This document shows, in pieces, positions 32,618-36,931 of a DNA stretch of 36,931 nt. The stretch's first letter is position 1, and every line of letters starts with the position of its first letter. Below the pieces are notes generated by a model, which was not told the origin of the DNA, did not search any database, and saw only the letters and a list, made by a program, of their open reading frames with translations. The position numbers and the translations under genes were made by a program. This stretch comes from a virus. Taxonomy: Duplodnaviria > Heunggongvirae > Uroviricota > Caudoviricetes. The stretch spans positions 64,001-100,931 of IMG/VR virus record IMGVR_UViG_3300037071_003200; one strand, written 5' to 3'.

Positions 32618-32865
32618 GGCGTCACCGGGACGGGCACGAAGTCGAAGTAGTGGCGCGGCGAGTGCGTGAAGGTCAACGTGCCCTTCATGCCGTCGGAGCG
32701 CCGCCGGACGACGACGTAGGGGGCGGCGAAGCCGATCGCCTCGAAGTCCTCCTGCATCCCGGACGTGTCCCACACAGGACCGTCGTAGGACGCAGGGATA
32801 CCGCCCTCGTTGATGAGCTGAGTGAGCAGCCTTCGCTGCGCCTCGCTCTCGGGAGACTCAGGCAT
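32614..32865 (-). CDS. Conserved phage hypothetical protein, 83 aa
   Basis: WDT.....DFE.IGFAAPYVVVRR.SDG.KG.L.F.HSPR.YF. Confidence 0.75.
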   Translation of the reverse strand: MPESPESEAQRRLLTQLINEGGIPASYDGPVWDTSGMQEDFEAIGFAAPYVVVRRRSDGMKGTLTFTHSPRHYFDFVPVPVTP

Positions 32866-32890
32866 GAGTCCTCCTCTCTATGCCTCGGCC

Positions 32891-32900
32891 AGATTTGACC
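32891..32900 (+). repeat. Motif family B copy (AGATTTGACC)
   Basis: Intergenic. Confidence 0.6.
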
Positions 32901-32958
32901 GGGGGAAGCCTCGGAAGGCTCCAGTCTCCCCCGCCCGAAGGTAGGGGGAGCGGCAGCC

Positions 32959-33159
32959 CTACGGGCGCCGAAGCAGCAGCTTTACCGACTCCTCATCGAG
33001 GAGGCCGAGCCTCTCTGCTTCGGCTCGAACACGTGCGTCTTTCGCCTGGGCAACCCATAGCTCGAGGTTGTCCAGGCACCGCTGGATTTCCTCCACCGTG
33101 GTGCCGCGGCGTTGAGGCCGTGGCTCGGGGTCGGGTTCCAGCACGTCGCAGCCGATCAC
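32959..33159 (-). CDS. Hypothetical protein, 66 aa
   Basis: GTGA-coupled. Confidence 0.5.
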   Translation of the reverse strand: MIGCDVLEPDPEPRPQRRGTTVEEIQRCLDNLELWVAQAKDARVRAEAERLGLLDEESVKLLLRRP

Positions 33160-33374
33160 CGAGCGAGATGCTCGATGAAGAGGGCAAGCGACATGAGCAT
33201 GGCCATGCCGAGGATCAGGCCGACCGCGACGAGCGGCCGGATTTGACCATTGCCGTCCTCGAACGTGTCCTCGGCCTGGTAGTGACGAAACTTGCGGTCA
33301 CCGTCGGCAGCGAGGGCTGCCCGTCTGTGCGCGTCGATCGCGCCCTTGAGGTACTGACGTTGTTCCGAAGTCAT
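33156..33374 (-). CDS. Small protein with C-terminal TM helix, 72 aa
   Basis: From MTSEQR; AAGGAGG SD. Confidence 0.65.
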   Translation of the reverse strand: MTSEQRQYLKGAIDAHRRAALAADGDRKFRHYQAEDTFEDGNGQIRPLVAVGLILGMAMLMSLALFIEHLAR

Positions 33375-33423
33375 CGGAAGCACCTCCTTTCCGGTGCGGT
33401 AGCACCGGGCACGGGGAGGGCCG

Positions 33424-33433
33424 GAACTTGACC
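33424..33433 (+). repeat. Motif family B copy (GAACTTGACC)
   Basis: Intergenic. Confidence 0.7.
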
Positions 33434-33454
33434 GGCCGACTCCCCGACCCGGAC

Positions 33455-33646
33455 CTACGGCACGCTCACACAGTGGTCGTAGAACACCTCGCCACCAGCT
33501 CCCTCGGTCCGGTTGCAATCGAGCGTCTCACCGTGCTTGGTGAAGATCACTCGCTGCTGGGCCTCGTGATCGAGAGCTCGACCGACGAGGACGGAGCCGA
33601 AGAAGAGAGCGAGGGCCACGATCACGCCTGTAAGGAGCAGGCGCAT
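33455..33646 (-). CDS. Small membrane-anchored/secreted protein, 63 aa
   Basis: N-terminal hydrophobic helix, two Cys; GGAGG SD. Confidence 0.7.
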   Translation of the reverse strand: MRLLLTGVIVALALFFGSVLVGRALDHEAQQRVIFTKHGETLDCNRTEGAGGEVFYDHCVSVP

Positions 33647-33655
33647 GTGTCCTCC

Positions 33656-33673
33656 CTTCTCAAGATTGAGAAG
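33656..33673. repeat. Palindrome family A copy (CTTCTCAAGATTGAGAAG)
   Basis: Abuts an SD. Confidence 0.9.
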
Positions 33674-33718
33674 CTGCCCGCCCGAACCGCAGGCCGGGCG
33701 GGCAGCAGGGGCCGGACG

Positions 33719-33946
33719 CTACTCGGAGCGACCGTTGTGTGCGACGAACGCGCGGCGCCGCTGGCGGCCCTTCCGCACGATGAAGTCGGGGCTGGACGCC
33801 TCGACTCCCTCGTCGACTTTGACCGGGATCGGCTTCGGAGCCGACACTCGGTGATCCATCTTTGCAGCGCGGACGCCCTCGCGAGCGTTCACGCGGGCCC
33901 GCAAGCGGACCCAGCCCTCTTCGGACTTGTGCAGGTTCCCACTCAC
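33719..33946 (-). CDS. Basic hypothetical protein, 75 aa
   Basis: GTG with AAGGAG SD. Confidence 0.55.
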   Translation of the reverse strand: MSGNLHKSEEGWVRLRARVNAREGVRAAKMDHRVSAPKPIPVKVDEGVEASSPDFIVRKGRQRRRAFVAHNGRSE

Positions 33947-33968
33947 CGGGAACTCCTTTCGTGACTCG

Positions 33969-33986
33969 CTTCTCAACATTGAGAAG
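33969..33986. repeat. Palindrome family A copy (CTTCTCAACATTGAGAAG)
   Basis: Intergenic. Confidence 0.9.
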
Positions 33987-34131
33987 CTGGGGTGGATGAC
34001 GACACCTCGTCGCCTCCGGCCCCCCGTCCAGAACTTGCCCGGACGAGGGGCCGCACGCGGCCAGGGTTAGGTTGTGGCCCTTGCTAGGGCTAGCGGGTCA
34101 TGCGCTCCTCCTTTCGGGTCACGCACCCGCC

Positions 34132-34141
34132 GGATTTGACC
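34132..34141 (+). repeat. Motif family B copy (GGATTTGACC)
   Basis: Intergenic. Confidence 0.6.
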
Positions 34142-34161
34142 GGCGGGAACGTCGCCCGAAC

Positions 34162-34470
34162 CTAGTCCTCGTCCTCGTGCCCGTACCCGAGGAACGAGTG
34201 CTCCGCCTCTTGCGAGGTGTCGTGGACTTCGTAGGTACAGAAGCCCTGCGGGTCCTCCCACATGACGAAGCGACCGATCAGGCCGATCCACATCCCCTGG
34301 TCGACCGAGCCGATTTGATCGTCGCACTCGCCGTCGAGACTGAGGGCGTAGAGCGCCCTCGCAATGCGCAGATCAGCGTTCCCCTCGAACTTGCCCGGGC
34401 CAGGCACGACGGCATGGTCGGGGTCGTCGAGGAGGGCGAGTATCTGCCCGTAGTCAAGCTCGATGAGCAT
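34162..34470 (-). CDS. Acidic hypothetical protein, 102 aa
   Basis: PGKFEG motif; GGAGG SD. Confidence 0.7.
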   Translation of the reverse strand: MLIELDYGQILALLDDPDHAVVPGPGKFEGNADLRIARALYALSLDGECDDQIGSVDQGMWIGLIGRFVMWEDPQGFCTYEVHDTSQEAEHSFLGYGHEDED

Positions 34471-34487
34471 TGACCCTCCTATGTCGG

Positions 34488-34505
34488 CTTCTCAATATTG
34501 AGAAG
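34488..34505. repeat. Palindrome family A copy (perfect)
   Basis: Supplies the stop of 34492..34740 (ASQY*). Confidence 0.9.
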
Positions 34506-34740
34506 CGGCGTCGTCGTCCGCGTACAGCGGAACGACGTCTTGCACCGAAGCGCCTGCGATGAACGCCTCGTAGGCGCGAGTCGCCTCTTCGCGATCGCGG
34601 TAGAACCCATTGCGCTCACGTCCCTCGTCGAGGTCGGTGAACTTGAGGCGGATCGAGAGCGGATCTTGACCCTCGAACCATCGGACGCGCCGACGCCACT
34701 CAGGCCGGCGGTCCTGCCACGACTTCGTATAGACGCGCAT
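34492..34740 (-). CDS. Hypothetical protein, 82 aa
   Basis: AAGGAGG SD. Confidence 0.65.
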   Translation of the reverse strand: MRVYTKSWQDRRPEWRRRVRWFEGQDPLSIRLKFTDLDEGRERNGFYRDREEATRAYEAFIAGASVQDVVPLYADDDAASQY

Positions 34741-34784
34741 GGCGTCCTCCTTCCGAGGCTACGTTTGCCTCTCGCCCGAGGCCG

Positions 34785-34794
34785 GAACTTGACC
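34785..34794 (+). repeat. Motif family B copy (GAACTTGACC)
   Basis: Intergenic. Confidence 0.7.
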
Positions 34795-34820
34795 GTCCCG
34801 GCGACGGGCGGCAGGCAGAC

Positions 34821-34982
34821 CTAGCGCCTACGTTTGCGGCGAGGGCGATCCGCCTTGAGCCCGTCCACGACTTCCCGCTTCGTCAGCGGGAAGAGGGGGA
34901 GCTGCTCGATCGGCCAGTAGCGCCCCGACTTGATTTGGGCGATACGGGCCTCGGCGATCGCCTCGCGGGCGTCGCGAGCCAC
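34821..34982 (-). CDS. Small basic hypothetical protein, 53 aa
   Basis: Not in the ORF track; GTG right after the upstream TGA. Confidence 0.45.
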   Translation of the reverse strand: MARDAREAIAEARIAQIKSGRYWPIEQLPLFPLTKREVVDGLKADRPRRKRRR

Positions 34983-34983
34983 G

Positions 34984-35226
34984 TCAGACTTTGACCGAAT
35001 ACTGCTCGGCGTGGTCGAGCAGGGGGAGCACGACCGGGTCTTCCAGCGGTCGCATGATGCGGAGAACGAGAGCGTGGTCGCAGCCAGCTTCGATCAGCGG
35101 CTCGACGTCACCAGGGCTTGTGCCCCAACGAACGAGAATGTCCACCTGCTCAGGAGTGAACTCCATCCGCAGGAACCTCCTCGCTCGCCACCCGTCCACG
35201 CGCTCGGCTTCGGAAGCCTTGCTCAT
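34984..35226 (-). CDS. Hypothetical protein, 80 aa
   Basis: From MSKASE; WR...F.......L..GC...L.LRI pattern; GGAG SD. Confidence 0.65.
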   Translation of the reverse strand: MSKASEAERVDGWRARRFLRMEFTPEQVDILVRWGTSPGDVEPLIEAGCDHALVLRIMRPLEDPVVLPLLDHAEQYSVKV

Positions 35227-35257
35227 GGGGGAGATTCTCCTCTCGGAGTCGGCCGGG

Positions 35258-35275
35258 CTTCTCAAGATTGAGAAG
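35258..35275. repeat. Palindrome family A copy (CTTCTCAAGATTGAGAAG)
   Basis: Intergenic; dyad extends to 22 bp. Confidence 0.9.
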
Positions 35276-35288
35276 CCGCGGAGTTTGA

Positions 35289-35456
35289 CTAGAGCTTTTG
35301 GAGCTGGGATGCGGCGTAGACCCACGTTCGGCCATAGCGCCACGTCACGAAGACGCGGCCAGCCTCAATGTGGGACACGACGCCCTCATCCTGGCGCGGG
35401 TCGGTCGCGAGGTAGACGCGATCGCCCACGGCCAGGGACTCAAGCGTGGCCGTCAT
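35289..35456 (-). CDS. Small SH3-like protein, 55 aa (MTATLESLAVGDRVYL...)
   Basis: Not in the ORF track; GGAGG SD; VGDRV...G.V...V.W pattern. Confidence 0.65.
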   Translation of the reverse strand: MTATLESLAVGDRVYLATDPRQDEGVVSHIEAGRVFVTWRYGRTWVYAASQLQKL

Positions 35457-35474
35457 TCGGACCTCCTCGGGTGG

Positions 35475-35678
35475 CTAGAACCAGTCGCCGATGATTTGCC
35501 CGGTCAGGTCGAAGCGGGCATAGGTAGTCAGGCCGTCCTCGACGACTTGGAGCAGCATGGTGCCGTCCTCGTCCATCGAGGCGGTCAGCGTCGCGTCCGA
35601 CGTGCGGAACGCCTGGATCGCGAGGCGGAAAGTCTCGCGCTGACGTGACGTCGGCGAGACTTTGACCTTCGTTGCCAT
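35475..35678 (-). CDS. Hypothetical protein, 67 aa
   Basis: AAGGAGGT SD. Confidence 0.65.
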   Translation of the reverse strand: MATKVKVSPTSRQRETFRLAIQAFRTSDATLTASMDEDGTMLLQVVEDGLTTYARFDLTGQIIGDWF

Positions 35679-35725
35679 AGGGATCACCTCCCTTCCTTGT
35701 TAGAAGCTCGCGGCGGCCGGGCCTG

Positions 35726-35735
35726 GATTTTGACC
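35726..35735 (+). repeat. Motif family B copy (GATTTTGACC)
   Basis: Intergenic. Confidence 0.7.
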
Positions 35736-35755
35736 AGACCCGCCACCGCCAGCGC

Positions 35756-35854
35756 CTACGCCGTGATCAGGTACACGACGGCGAGAATCGCCGGTGACAC
35801 GACGGCCACCATCGCGAGCGTCCGTCCGAGCAGGTCGTATGGGAACGAGATCAT
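35756..35854 (-). CDS. Hydrophobic micro-protein, 32 aa (MISFPYDLLGRTLAMVAVVSPAILAVVYLITA)
   Basis: GGAGG SD; single TM helix; bracketed by motifs A and B. Confidence 0.55.
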   Translation of the reverse strand: MISFPYDLLGRTLAMVAVVSPAILAVVYLITA

Positions 35855-35881
35855 GGGGAACCTCCTCTCCGAGGGGTCGGG

Positions 35882-35899
35882 CTTCTCAATATTGAGAAG
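35882..35899. repeat. Palindrome family A copy (perfect)
   Basis: Intergenic. Confidence 0.9.
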
Positions 35900-35902
35900 C
35901 GG

Positions 35903-36130
35903 CTAGCGGTCGAAGCGGGCGCAGAAGCCGAGCGGCCACTGGCGCTGCGCGAGGACGCGCAGCTCGGCGAGCCGCTGGAGCTTGGACGGCATGACGCCGT
36001 CCGGGCCTGCGATGAATGTCGCGCGTGAGGTCCGGCGGTAGATCATCCAGGCCTCACCCGCGACGACGGTCGAGCCCTTCCGCCGAAGCTGGCGGTAGAG
36101 GTCGCGCGTCACGTCGTCCAGGTCTTTCAC
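35903..36130 (-). CDS. Basic hypothetical protein, 75 aa
   Basis: GTG with GGAG SD; exactly bracketed by two palindromes. Confidence 0.65.
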   Translation of the reverse strand: MKDLDDVTRDLYRQLRRKGSTVVAGEAWMIYRRTSRATFIAGPDGVMPSKLQRLAELRVLAQRQWPLGFCARFDR

Positions 36131-36148
36131 GGGACTCCGTTCGGTCGG

Positions 36149-36166
36149 CTTCTCAATATTGAGAAG
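36149..36166. repeat. Palindrome family A copy (perfect)
   Basis: Intergenic. Confidence 0.9.
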
Positions 36167-36173
36167 CGGTGAG

Positions 36174-36410
36174 CTATATCTCGCGGCGCGAGACTTCGAC
36201 GAAGCTCTCGGGCGTCAGCTCGTCGTGGCGCGTGAGGAAGTACGCGAAGTCGTCGCGTATCTCACTCTCGGTTCCCGTGAGCGTCAGTCCGGGGTAGTCG
36301 TCGTCGTCGAGCTTGCGGAACGCGATCGCGTAGCGCGGCGTGTACGTCTCGGTGACGGTGCGCCACTCTCCGGTGATCACGTTCCGAGCGCGGTAGCTAC
36401 GTGTTGCCAC
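36174..36410 (-). CDS. Hypothetical protein, 78 aa (VATRSYRARN...)
   Basis: AAAGGAG SD; first gene after the right-end promoter. Confidence 0.65.
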   Translation of the reverse strand: MATRSYRARNVITGEWRTVTETYTPRYAIAFRKLDDDDYPGLTLTGTESEIRDDFAYFLTRHDELTPESFVEVSRREI

Positions 36411-36478
36411 GTCGCTCCTTTCACTAGCTAGGACAGGAGCGGGCGGCTCGGCCGAGCCGTCAACCAACTCCTAAACAC

Positions 36479-36507
36479 AGTATATCCGACGAGTCATCCG
36501 TCGTAAA
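36479..36507 (-). promoter_or_regulatory. Sigma70-type promoter driving the right-arm gene array
   Basis: TTTACG-N17-TATACT; palindrome A half-site (TTGAGAAG, 36517-36524) just upstream. Confidence 0.65.
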
Positions 36508-36536
36508 GGAATCCGGTTGAGAAGTCGAGGTAGCTC

Positions 36537-36931
36537 GATTTTGACCAGGCCGCCGGCGGCCTCGATTTTGACCGGCCGTCGGGCCGCCGTTACCGCCAGC
36601 GGTAACCCGAGAACTTGACCGGGCTCGACTCGGGCCGGAACTTGACCGGACGGCGGGCCGCGCCCAGTCCAGGCCTCGATTTTGACCGACGACGGCGCCG
36701 CCGCCCAGCTCGCGCCCGCCCGCGGTTCCTACCTCTCTTTCCGCGCACGCGAGCTCGACCGCCTCCGGGCGAGAACTTGACCCTCCGTCGGGCCGCCCAT
36801 TTTGACCGTCCGCCAGGCCGCGATTTTGACCGGGGCCGCCGCCGGGCATCCCTCGAGGCCGGGCCCGCCCGCCCGCGAGGACCGGCCCGACCAGGCCGCC
36901 GCGGCCCGGCCGCCCGCGGCCGCCCGATTTT
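36537..36931 (+). repeat. Tandem array of motif B in very GC-rich non-coding DNA
   Basis: GATTTTGACC/GAACTTGACC-type copies at 36537, 36564, 36611, 36638, 36678, 36773, 36798, 36822, plus a truncated copy at 36926. Confidence 0.85.

Noticed and set aside
33973-34101. TAG recoding/readthrough (frame stays open to the palindrome TGA if two TAGs are read through)
   Set aside because: Many genes here end at TAG with the next SD immediately after, and the extended peptide lacks coding-like codon bias.
33239-35667. Extra motif-B-like words inside genes (33239, 33815, 34987, 35658) and scattered TTGACC in the left arm
   Set aside because: Explained by common codon pairs such as GTC AAR on the coding strand, so not counted as sites.
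21512-36166. Palindromic repeats as a CRISPR array
   Set aside because: The intervals are about 250-2,250 bp, irregular and full of intact genes; the repeat is only 18 bp; no cas genes are present.
21512-36166. Palindrome as a promoter (TTGAGA as -35)
   Set aside because: No -10-like hexamer lies 16-18 bp downstream; that position is usually the SD or start codon.
14756-36166. Palindrome as canonical parS
   Set aside because: It differs from TGTTTCACGTGAAACA in arm sequence and spacer length, and no ParA/ParB is in the window; a non-canonical centromere role is not excluded.
30931-36831. TTGACC copies as -35 boxes of antisense promoters
   Set aside because: No TANNNT-like -10 at the right spacing in the copies I checked; the downstream DNA is GC-rich.
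36460-36849. 129-aa minus-strand ORF at the right end
   Set aside because: Its repeated GQNRG words are just the translated motif B array; no SD, and it lies upstream of the promoter.
1-36931. tRNA, tmRNA or rRNA genes; integrase; structural gene block
   Set aside because: No cloverleaf with a T-loop consensus and no recombinase, terminase or capsid motifs were recognised by eye; tRNAscan-SE/Aragorn and HMM searches would be needed to exclude them fully.

Overview
GC-rich phage or prophage DNA, probably from a virus of a high-GC actinobacterium (inferred from protein families and composition). About 90 mostly small genes are packed almost entirely on the minus strand. There are no capsid, terminase, integrase, rRNA, tRNA or CRISPR/cas genes, so this is the early/replication/accessory arm of the genome. 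Recognisable products: ATP-dependent RNA ligase (DUF5565/Rlig1-like), HNH nuclease, LexA-type winged helix with no protease domain, macrodomain, SLOG/YspA protein, three DNA methyltransferases, RusA resolvase, putative initiator and helicase loader beside a DnaA-box cluster, SSB-like protein, Ku, ArdC, DUF6915 and three DUF6878-like paralogs. The most striking feature is non-coding. An 18-bp palindrome, CTTCTCA-N4-TGAGAAG, occurs 18 times, 16 of them between 21.5 and 36.2 kb, almost always at gene junctions, and its variable positions covary as base pairs. A second, oriented motif (GAWYTTGACC-like) marks most of the other junctions and forms a tandem array at the right edge. Together they divide the right arm into one- to few-gene cassettes. 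Also seen: a ~150-nt long-range stem that buries the RNA ligase start codon, a family of sigma70-type promoters sharing a TGCCCAGTA element, and a lone plus-strand virion-like gene pair. All family calls come from motif recognition by eye, not database searches.
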